Source: Tubulanus polymorphus (taxonomy: Eukaryota > Animalia > Nemertea). From it: a stretch of DNA of 64,000 nucleotides. The stretch covers positions 5,356,231-5,420,230 of the forward strand of contig NC_134033.1 of the NCBI RefSeq assembly GCF_964204645.1. Reading direction: 5' to 3'. The notes below the pieces were generated by a model, which did not search any database, was not told the origin of the DNA, and was given only the letters and a program-made list of their open reading frames with translations. This document shows positions 34,501-46,500 of the stretch, piece by piece. Both the position numbers and the translations under genes were made by a program. The first letter of the stretch is position 1, and each line of letters begins with the position of its first letter.

Positions 34501-37500
34501 CAGGGATGAGAACGCCGACCTGTAAAATCCGCGGGTTATTTTTCTTGAGTGACATACGCGAACCAGCTGACGGCGTAGCCGTCAGCACTAGCGAGCGCCG
34601 AAGGCGCGAAGCTATTTCGGGGGGGGGGGGTTTGGGGGCCCTCCCCCAAGAAAATTTTAGAAATTAAATACGTTTTCCGAGCACTTAGAGCGATCTCGAA
34701 CCCATGAACGACTATTATATTTTGGAAGGTAATGGCTAGTTCCAATGTGGTACATCCTCATTTGATGACATTCAGCATCTCATGCATTACGAGTCGAGCC
34801 CTGAATTATTGCATTAAAAATGCGCCGATGAATGCTCACTAAAAATCATCACCAAGTAGTGTATAATATCCGAAAGCGTTCGCCACACACACGCAGCAAC
34901 AGTAAGTAGACCTATATACGTTACTACTGTTGCTGTGCGTGCGTGTCTGCAACCGATCGATAAAATACATACAAACTCATCGTAGTACAAATGTACATAC
35001 AAAATCACTGTGTTGCAATGAATATGCATTGAAATGCGATACTTTTACGTGACGATAAGTAAAACAGGCACTGAACGCTTTTACGGTTCACCTGATTACC
35101 GATCGCGCCGGACCAATTGAGTGAGATCATCACCCCCCCCCCCATACTTTTACATCATTTTTGGACTATTTGGAAAATTGATATTTTTCAATACTGAAAT
35201 CCGCGGGAAACCGCGGATCCGCGGGGAATTCTCATCTCTGGTATATGGGATTTATGTAATTGTATTCTGGGAAAATTCCGTGATCTAGTATTGTATTGAT
35301 GATTAAATGAATTTTGATCAAATAAATTCATTATCAGCTGTGGAAGAGCATTGTTAATAACTCCGTGGACCAGTTTGAGAAATTCTAAGGTGATCATATC
35401 TTCGAATTTTAGTATTCTATATTTCTGGAAAATGGGAGATGTAGGTGTATTAAACTTTGCACCATCTAATGCTCGGATAGCTTTCTTTTGCAGTTTATGA
35501 ATTGTTTTCAAATGTTTTATGGATATAAGTGGTCCCCATAAGGAAAGGCAATAGGTTACGTGTGTATTTATATAGCTGAAATATAAAGAAGACGTTTACA
35601 CCAATTCGGCAATAAATTTTTAACACTTCTCAGTAAAAAAATATTCTTATTCAGTTTAGAGCATAATGCTTTGATGTGTTCGTCAAATGTGAATCTATTA
35701 TCAACAATGAGACCTAAAAATTTATGTGACCGAAAAAAAGCAATGTTGGTGTTACCAAAAGTTAGTAAGGGATCGTCTTCATTTTACCTTTGGGTGTAAT
35801 AAAAAGTCTGGCCGTTTTTGAAATATTTAATTTTATTATGGAGTCATTCTTCATAAAAATTGAGATAGAATTCAAATTTTTTCCAGTTAAACCAAGTGTT
35901 GTGTTGTTGGCAAAAGTATTCCCTTACAAAATTCTGGATTTTGACAAATATCATTTGAACATATCAAAAACAAAAGTGGTCCTAGGACAGAACCTTGAGG
36001 AACTCCATATTCTATGGAATCGATTTCAGAACAAGTATTGTTATAAATGACAAAAATTTTGCGGTTTTTCAAATAAGATTTGAACCAGTCAAAACCGACC
36101 CCACGAATCCCGTAATATTGAAGTTTGTACAGCAGAATGTCTATATTCAATGAATCGAATGCCTTTGATAAATCCAGAAACTGTCCAATGGTTTTGTCTT
36201 TGTTATCTAATCCTTTGATACAATTTCCCAGAAATTCCATTATTGCGTGGCAAGTTGAATAAGAGTGTCGAAATCCGTATTGACTTAAATAGAGAAGATT
36301 GTATTTAGTGAGAAAATTGTAAAGTCTGTCATGGATGATCTTTTCTAAAATCTTAGATATCGTTGGCAATAATGAAATAGAAATCACCAGAACATAATTC
36401 TTCTATATCTTCACTTGATAATCTATGAAATCTGGTAAATATGTTCTGAATTTATATTTATTTCCTTTTAATCCTTCATATTCCAAGTGAATAACTAATT
36501 TATTACCATATCTATTAGTAATTGTTTCAATATTTGTAATTAAATATTTCTTATGTAATGTTAATTCTGTTAACTTTTTGAATTTATAATCTACAGATTT
36601 AACACTTGTAGTATCTTTGATTCTATTTAAGAATTCACTGTCTATTTTTTTACTCTCCATTTATTATTCATATTTTTTTATTAAAATTGATTTCATTTAT
36701 ATGATATTCATATAATTGATTTTCATTAATATGTTATTATGCTAACACTTTTATGTTTGAAATTGATTTTATTCTAACAACTCATTAAATTCTCGTTACT
36801 TTTTCAAAATATGAATTATTTCACTCACATCTTAATATTCTTATTAAAATTGATTTTCATATATATGATATTCATATAAATAATGTTCATTTATATGATT
36901 TTCATATATTTGGAATTGTTAGAGTAATTGTATAAGTGTTGTTTCAGATCGAAGGTTGAAAGGTTGAGTGAGCGAAAAATAAATAAATTCGAGCGTGCGA
37001 GAATTTATTTCATTTTTTTTATGAGCTCGACCTTTTGACCTTTGATCTGAAACAACACTTATACAATTACTGACGTCATTTCGTTGTTTTGTTAGGAGAG
37101 AGTCCCAGGTTAGTAAACGATAGGTCAGGTGTGGGTAGATGAGGGTATGATGAAGTGTTAAGAGTGATTGTGTATCAAGAAAGTGTGGAATTTGTCGGGA
37201 TTAGACCTATAATTTGTGATATTTTCTTGGGTATTCTATAAATATGCGGTGTCCAATTGAAATTTTTGTGAATGGTAAGACCAATGAAATTTATTTCAGA
37301 AACTCGCTCTAGCAGGGAATTACCAACTTTCATTTGAAAATTTGGATTTAAGAAAAGGTTAACGTGTGGTGATGATGGGAAATTGTGCATTTTGTTTTTG
37401 CGAGTTACTTTACCGGCCATGCATGAAATTGAGGTCGGAATGTTTTGTCAAGATGTATTGTACTAGAGTTTTTAAATTTTTGTGAGATGCTAAGCAGTTT

Positions 37501-40500
37501 GTATCATCTGCAAATAGTATATCATTTAAGTGATGAGAGCATTTTTGAATATCATCTATGTAAATTAAAAAGGGGAGAGGCCGAGAATCGAGCCTATGTT
37601 AGAGAAAAGTGGAGAAAAACAGTGTTATTGAAGGAGTCTATATAAATGTTGACGGTTAGATAGATAGGAAAAGACCCAATCTGTCCTAATCCGCTTATTT
37701 CATAGTGTTCGAGTTTAGAAAGTAAAATATTGTGGTTGAGAGTCTCGAATGCCTTAGAGAGATCAAGAAATGTGCCAATTGTCCATTCGTGATTTTCGAG
37801 AGATTTTAAGATACTATCAGTAGTTCTAGAATGACGAGTTCAGTGGAATGACCTTTTCGAAAGCCTGAAATGAAGTTAAGCGTAATCGTGAACTAGTTTT
37901 TCGCAGATCTTAGAAATGGAACTTAGTAGAGAAATTGGTCGATAGTTTTCAATTTGATCGTCATCATTTTTGTGCAGATGTATAATTTTTTTTCAATTTT
38001 GATATTATCTGGAAAAATACCTAACGTTTAAATGAATTAAGACATTTATCTAAGTCTGATGCCTTGATCCAAGTTTAAGCTGATTTATGACTTCGGGCTC
38101 GGTAATTGGACCATCAATAAGGCCGTTTAAATAAGAAACGATTATGTCATGGAAACACAATCTTGAAATCACTCCCAATGTCGGTATAACATAAGCGGAG
38201 TTAGTAAGCTCTGTAAGCCCGGTATTCAGCATATTCGGCGCCACACAAGTACGATATTTTGTAAGCCCTGATCTCGTGTGAACGCTGCTGTAAACATCGT
38301 CAATCATGTCGACATCCTAATTTTCATCAATCATCGTCTTGTTTAGCCACTACACCACTGAGTTCTTGTTTAGAAATTTGTGACCATTGTTGTAACGTCG
38401 GGTGTTGTGACACTATTGACTTACAATAATTTGTGACACTATTGACTTACAATAAATATCCTACCATTCTCTGATACAAGAGTTGCTTATCAGACCCATC
38501 ACAGTGATTTCCAAGGATTGTTCCTTCCAAAATAAGGTCAACATCTCAGAAAGTCACTTTATTTTTGAAAACAAAACTGACAATCAACGATTATTTGACT
38601 GAATTTCTACAGCGTATTTTTGTACAGAAATATTCACGAATTTCCTGTCCCAGTAAAAGATAGATGTAAAAATTAACCGCAAAGTTACACATTTCAATCT
38701 GAACGCAAATATCAAATATGTGTTCTCTCCGTTCCTCGGATATTGGTAAAAATGTTGTAGTAGTGGATGGAAGTGAACACATCGCAAATGCGACTGAAAC
38801 TGTTACTAGCATTATTGTTGTACGTTTTGATTTTGAAGTTTTCTGATCAGACGAAACTATTTTTGAACCTCTAAATAACTGGATTATTATTACAGAATTT
38901 GATATAATTATCAAAGCTAAGGGTAAAAGGTTAGCGTGGATGACAATTACGGTGAACAGTCTTAATTGATCAATTAATTTATAGTAACATCCGAACCAAG
39001 GGTCGGAAAAATGAATCGACAAAGCAGGGGTGAGAAATATGACCAGCGCATTCACTACAGTAATTATCAATACTGCGATTCTAGCAAATCTCGGTGTACA
39101 TATCAAACGAGCCGTGAACGGGAAGAGCACAACTGCCATACGTTCCAGAGATATAACTACTATTAACCACGAACTATTGCAGGCTGCAAACACGGCTGCA
39201 AATTCATAGATTTGACAACTAATCAGCGAATTCATTATGATTATTGGACCAAAGTTTACGTGCAAGAGAACAAACTGTAAAAGAGGCATCAAAGTTAGAA
39301 CTATACAATACAGAGAATCGCTGAGAGACAAAACGATCAAATAGTTAGCGTAAGGTAAACTGCGGAATCTGCGACTTATCATTATCAGGAAAGTAGCTAA
39401 ATTTCCGAAGGCTCCAAATAGAAACACGATAGGCAGAATGACCAATGACACAATGCGGTGTCTGCCAGACTTGTTTTCCAAAGCCATGATGAGGAAATAA
39501 CTGTGATAAGTTCGACCAATTTGCATCTGCGTTGAATTCATGGTTCAGAGGACCAAAAGGAGAGTCTATACTGACTGAGAGTGTCTGTCTGTGAATGTAC
39601 TGGAACGGAGTGTATATTGCCGCATATTGGAAAATTGATATAACTTTAATATAACGAAGTCTTTATTGCAGCTACATTTCGTTTGTATATATTTGTATGG
39701 AATAAAATTTTAAATCAATTCTCAGAATACAACACAATACACATTGACGAGAGTTTAATGAATGTATATTTAATATAATTCGCGAACATCGTTTAAACGG
39801 AGAATTGTGTTATGTATATGATATTATATTAAGTTATATATTTTCACGCGTTTTTTAATGTATCCTGATATAGTCAACCTTGGTTAATCCGTCTCCGGTT
39901 AAACCGTATAAGTGCGAAATTCCGTATAAATAAATTGGTCCCGTTTTTCAGTAACGTTATTCCCTTTAAAATTCTGTGTCTAATTCGTACTCCACAACCC
40001 GTATTTTCACTTATTCCGTAGACAAATGCGCGGTCCCCGTTGTCCAATTTATATGTAAATCCTTATGTATAATCTGTATCAGCTGTTGGGAACATACACA
40101 ATTCTCATGAAAAAAAATATATTGTTATTGTGGAGGTAAATATTTATGATCACATAAATCAAAGCATTATCAAACCAATAAACATATCAAATATGAAAGG
40201 AATAATAATTACTAGATTTGATATTGAGTTTATTGAATTATGGAATAATGAACCAAATAATGAACAATACGTTGAGTATTAAGCGGTTAAGTGAATTGAT
40301 ATGTTTAAGTACTTCGTCAGCTTTTGTTGGAGCTAAAAAAATTGAATTTTGATTACGAGTCCCTAGATATGATTCAAAGGATTTGTTTGGAGGCGGTATT
40401 TTGCCTGCATAATTTTAACCACTGTACTAAAGAAAGTATTAAAGGAATTAGCTATATGAGCGTTGTCAGAAGCTGTTTTCCCATGAAAAATAATAGAATC

Positions 40501-43500
40501 ACTAGTTATTGAACTTTTATCATTGAATTTGCCCATTGATGATTTTAGGATATTCCAAAGTTTCCTGCTGTCACATTTAAATGACTCAATTTGTTTTGCA
40601 TAGTAGGTTTTTTTAGCAGCATGTTTTATCTGATTATATTTATTTCGGTTAAAAACATAGTACCGATATTTAATAGAGGTTTTATCAAGTCCTATAGAAG
40701 CTCTATACAATCTATCATATATATATATATATCCCTCTAGTCATCCAGGGTTCAGTAATTTTGATTTTTCTTGTCTATTTTAATTGTTTGGGTGAAATTT
40801 CATTAATGGTATGGTGTAATCTATCGATAAATGAATTATACGCGCTCTCAGAGTTCATAGTATGAAGGTTATTCCAATCAATCTGACTAAGCCTTTGGCG
40901 TATCAGGTTAACATTATCTTCGATGAAATTTCTATCGTGTATATTGCCTAACTCCATATTTCTACAAGTAGCTTTAGTGATAGAAAAAAAACATGGGTAA
41001 TGATCTGAGAGATAGGAAAGGCCTATAGCAGATTTAACAGGCATGATGTCTTGACTGATATATGTTGTCAATTAAGGTTGCTGTAGTGGGTGTTACTCTT
41101 GCTGGTTTTATCATTGTTGGCCAAAGACCGTGATTTGTATTCAGTTCGAAAAAGTTATTAGTGTTATAATGCTTGTTAATGTTTATAAAATCTAAATTCT
41201 GATCCATGCCTATTAATATTGATTTATTCTCAGTAGAGATTTTATCTAATAACAGTGAATAATCTTCTAGAAATGTTATTAGTCACTAGTGCCTGGCACA
41301 CGATATATTTCACCAATTATTAAATTCTTAGAATTTTGGCAGTTAATCTCAATGAAGCAGCTCTCGAAATAAGCTTCTTTAAATATACTAATATCGTCCC
41401 TAATATTCTGGTTGATATAGATATACGCCACCGCGAGTTTTGGATTGTCTATGTTTTTCTACTATAACGTAGCCAGGAATTTCACACAACGATACCACTT
41501 TGTCCGTAATAAAGGTTTCACACAAAAGTATTATATCAATGTTGAAATTTTGATCTTTACAACTCTGAATAAGAATCTTCAAATCGTCTAATTTATCATA
41601 GACACTGTGAATGTTGTATTGAATAACATTAAGTTTGGATTTGTTGTTAAAAGTTAGGCCAATTTCATCAATATCTATGTATGGACAGCTGGAATCTATT
41701 ATTTGGTGTCCATCGTCTATCAAGTTGTTAAGATTGTAGCTTCTAGAAGACTCTATATCAGTAATCTGCTTGTTTAGAACGTTTTTTAAACACATTATTG
41801 CAGGTCTAAGTGAACATTGAAAATTATGAATTTAGACTTCAATTAGAGCAATTTATCTTTAAATCCACTAAAATTAAGGGTGGTAGCACAGGCAAGTTTG
41901 TTTGATTACTAATAGAATTCAACTATAAGTGTAAACAAACAAGGAAGTAAACAGGTTCGTGGCTGAGGCAAATTCTAGATGAAATAGAAAAATGAATGAA
42001 TAAGAAAGTAAAAAAAGAACACAGACTAAAAAAGTCTTAAGTAAACACCGATTGGGAATCGGTGGTGATGCAACATGATTACAGTTTAAAGCTTTTTTTT
42101 TAAAGAGAAAGAAAGGGGGATATCATACCTAAACCAAATGGGACGTTGAATGTAATGACCCACTAGCTACAATTTTGCAATTGATAGTGGTTACAAAATA
42201 TGCCCAAAGACCAATACAATATGAACATACTAAGTTATTCAGCTTTTTAACGCCAATGACCTTGAAAGTCACCATAATCATGGACAATGTCACAAGCTAC
42301 AATTTTGCAATTCACTGTGGCTACAAAATACATTACCAATACATTATGAAAATAGTAAGTTATTTGGCTATTCAATGCCCCCTGGTGGCCTTATACAACA
42401 AACAATGACCTGGAATTACTTCACAATCATAGAAAAATAAAGCCTCTCTGAACAGACGGACAGCGGACGAAAAGTAAACGCGATAGCCCGCTGGGACTTA
42501 ACGTAAGTCGCAAGCGGGCGAAACATGTTGAAAATAACTCGTAAGACTTACTTGTGTAATACAAGGTCACCGGCTCTTCTTGAGGTGAATTGCGCGTCAA
42601 TCTCGAACCACCTAGAAATTACCGGAGAAAAAAAAGAGAAATAAAACCTCGGTCGCCGAAGAAAGAAAAAAATTGTTCGCGTTTTAATAAGTTCTTCGAT
42701 CAAAATTCTCTACTTTTCTCCGTTTCTAAAGAACTAAATCAATCATCAATGTAAACAATACGAATCACTGAGTAGAAAATGAAAGACCCGCGCATGTAAA
42801 CTGAAATTAGGAATTTCGTTCGCCAGAAATAATATATGGCTGAAATTTTTACAGGGGTTAGAGTATGTTTTGGGGTGTACGAATCAGATAATTTTTTGGT
42901 AGGTCCTGCGATAATCTATCGAATCGGAAGCCGAAATATTTCAGTGATGAAAGTTGATCGATAATGAACTAATTCTGACGACGTATGACCGAGCGCTCGA
43001 AACGCCATCTGGCGGCATTTATAACCGCAGCCATGCGCAGTTCCCATAGGGCGGTAGACAATCATGGGTCAGCTGTGTAAGGTACCGCGCATTGTGGGTA
43101 GGAGGTCGACTTACCTAGCTTTATGTAGCACGCTTCTAACAGCGTATTCTGCAACCATTCGACGTGTTCGGAGCGCTTTTCTTTGTGTAGTTTTTGAACG
43201 CAGAACGAAATGTAGTCGTTAATGTCGCCACGTTCGCGATCGAATTCGCCCACAGATGCATCGTTCAGCTGCAAGATTAAAATTTGAAAGCGCCTTTCAA
43301 CGACCTGTTTGATGCGAAAAAACATCTAGTACGGCAATGGAGGATTCGACTTGTGGCAAGTGAGGATCCACCAGGTGTCGCTAGTTTGCAGTAGAACATC
43401 AACTACTGCAGCAATTGAGGGTTCTACCTGTGGCAAGTGAGGATTTACCAGGTGTCGCTAGTGTGCAGTAGAACATCAACTACTGCGGCAATAGAGGATT

Positions 43501-46500
43501 CAACTTGTGGCAAGTGAGTATCCACCAGGTGTCGCTAGTGTGCAGTAGGACATCAAGTACTGCGGTGATAGAGGATTCTACTTGTGGCAAGTGAGTATCC
43601 GCCAGGTGCCTTTAGCATGCATAAGACATGAACTACCGAGGAGATTGCGGATTCCAGTTTGGGTAAGTGAGGATCCACAATGTGTCGCTTGTGTGCAGTT
43701 GGACCGAGAATGTGTAACTGTTTGGCGCACCATCCGGTGGGATAACTAGTTCCATGGGATCCTCATTGTATTCGTGTATCTGGGCCGTGCGGAAGATATT
43801 ATGAACGTACCATGGAATGAGTGAGCTCATCAGAGAAATGAACTAAGCCTAGTTCCGTCAGTCTCGCCAGCACCTACGACAGAGAAAGAGAACATTTAAA
43901 TGAAATATATCTATACCTACACAGAATCGAGGCTTTTGAACAACCGAACTACCGCCTAAATAATCACAAATATACAGCTTGATTTTCTAAACGAGAATAA
44001 CTGTTCTGTTGGCGAAAATAGGATACTGACTGTTTAAGTCAAGGATTCCACTTATGGCAAGAGAGGATCTGCCACCGGTTCTAGCCGCTATATACTGGGT
44101 ATAGCGCTCAACCTAAACCCAATCCTAATTCATCTTGCAATCGTTAAATCTCACCCTTAACCCAATTCCAACTCTAATGCTAACGAAATTGAAATATTAT
44201 TTGAACCTCTCCCTGGGGAGAAGTAACATCTGAGCTACTACTAGGTGCTCAGGAATCATCGGGCCAGGTACCCATTTACTCCTGGGTGAAGAGAGGCAAT
44301 GAGGAGAAGTGTCCAAGGACACTATGGTAATATACAGGGTTCGAACCAATGACCAGGGTCACCAGAGTTAAACGCCCTAGCCACTCGCCCACACTACCTA
44401 CTCAACTGGCTATTGCCATATATTATCTTACCGATACTTACGGCATTTTTCGTTTTGTGCGTTTTATCCAAGTTCAAACCGGACCAAACCATCGTCAGCA
44501 TGTCCGGTTTATCCATGTACCGTAGGTAATACATGCTGAGCTTCTCCGTCTCCTCGAGCGTCCAATCAGACGACTCGGTCGCATCGCTGGAAATAAAAGA
44601 AAGACATTTCTCGTCAGGACTGTCCAATGTCAATGACTGATCATTTATATTAACCCTTTCAGTGCTGACTAATCAATACCCTATAGTGCTGGAGATAATT
44701 TGTAAATTTTGAAAAATTCCACCCTAGTGTGTTGAATAACGGTAATACCACTATAGTGCGTATACACCGCGGCGCGGTGTATCGTTAGTTACTAATATTT
44801 CACTATGTTTGACAGGTGCTGCCATCTTTCAATAGAGATAAAAACTAATTACTAGTTACATCAATACACCGCAGTGCGGTGTACCAGCAAAATCCATCAC
44901 CGATTCATACACCCATTGCGGTGTAGGCGCACTGAAAGGGTTAAGCGAACTGATAATAACTTGATAGTCTCAAGATTTAAGACCACTGGATCCAGTTCCA
45001 CAGTTGTGAGTTAAATTTGACACGATAGACCTAAAACAAAACATTGAAAAATGAACCGAGTAAACTCTAACTCACAACTGTGCAACCGGGCCCTGGACTT
45101 AACTCCTCGACTGTGGACCCCCAAGTAAAACCATCAGGAAGTTACTGAACCTGACAAATGGACTACCCCGAATAGCTCAACAATCGAGATTCTTGAGGTC
45201 ATTTCTTTTACCTGTGAATAGCTTCGTCGAACCCGGTCTTCGCGACGACGAGGAATTTCGAGAACGTGTAGTCGATCAAGTCGTCGTAGTTCTGAAGTAA
45301 ATAGAGTAAATCAAAAATAAAACAGAATGAAACCGCGTCGAATTTTGAACTTCAAAATTGTACATATATGAAATGGTTTTAAATGGAAGTTTCTGTAGAG
45401 GTCTGGCCGTAATGTGGTTTTGTCATTACGCTATATTGAACTGATTTACATCATGGCAAACACCCAGTACGTAGCTTCTACAGGCTCTTTATTGTGTCTA
45501 TATCTATTTGCGTGACACACCCCAAAAGATTCCGACAATTACTTTCGAAAGACCTTCCCCGATTTATCAAATTGGAGAATTATCTACATGCACATGCATA
45601 CATAAATACATGCGCTACCGAGTTCCCTGATTGTTAACTCAGTGAAATATTTACAGCAGTCTCAACGCTACCGAGTACCCTGATTGTCAATTCGGTGAAA
45701 TATTTACAGCAGTCTCAACGCTACCGGGTTCCCTGATTCTCAACTCTTGTGAAATATTTACAGCAGTCTCAACGTTACCGAGTTCCCTGATTGTCAACTC
45801 TGTGAAATATTAAGACAACGAATACCAAACGACGTATACGAAACACACGTACCTCTTGCAGTTTATGATTTTCATCGCAGATCGCCGTGAACGTCTCGAT
45901 GATCGGAATTTGCAGAAGCATGTTGGGTTGCTGACAGTCGCCGGCCACGTGGTGCATCATGGTCAACAAACAGTCGTTCAGAAAATCGGTGTTCTGTCGA
46001 AATCGCGTCAGCAATTTGCCGTACTGGGCCATCATACTCTCCGTCGCGAAACTATGAAATAAACGACAACAAGAAATAAGTTAAACAGAGTTGTCGAACA
46101 GCCCGGTACACTCAGACGTCGAAAAAAAGATAATAAGGTTAGAACCGGCTCGACGCAAATTTAAAAGATCAAAAACTGAAATCTATTTATCGACAACGTA
46201 AAATATCAAAAATTCGCAGATAAGATATGAACATCATTAAATCAATGTTTCTTTCCAGTTAAATCAAATTCCCTGCATTACGGCCCGAGACCCTCACGCA
46301 GCTAACTGTCTGGAAACTTTTTCATTTCTCGAAGAAAGTTTTAAAAGGAGAAAAATTTCATCCAAATAGATCCCGAAAAGCCCATCCAAATTTTCAGTGG
46401 GAGGGCCACATACAAGAGCCAACACCAATTACCATGCTTGTAGCACTCGCATTGCCGAACAAGCCCTTAACGGTCCATTCTTATTTTCAGGTCCACCCCT

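Larger units (their letters stand above)
33985..42150 (-). mobile_element. Degenerate CR1-group LINE, interrupted twice (MITE 34501-35240; foreign block about 36390-40280)
   Basis: Colinear ORF2 pieces: endonuclease (QYNIHS...IILLCET, 41795-41400; LSDHYP, 41071-40775), linker to about 40285 (SIFLAPT..EV), RT (ISLLPTISKILEK, QYGFR, LDLSKAFD, GVPQGSVLGPLLF, 36387-35887), C-terminus (LQKKAIR...FLRKAPSLW), and a (TTACA)n tail at about 33990-34008. Confidence 0.85.

Noticed and set aside
43330-43700. CRISPR-like appearance of this array and of 59638-59960
   Set aside because: Whole units repeat with no unique spacers, there are no cas genes, the context is a eukaryotic intron, and the monomers match MITE ends.
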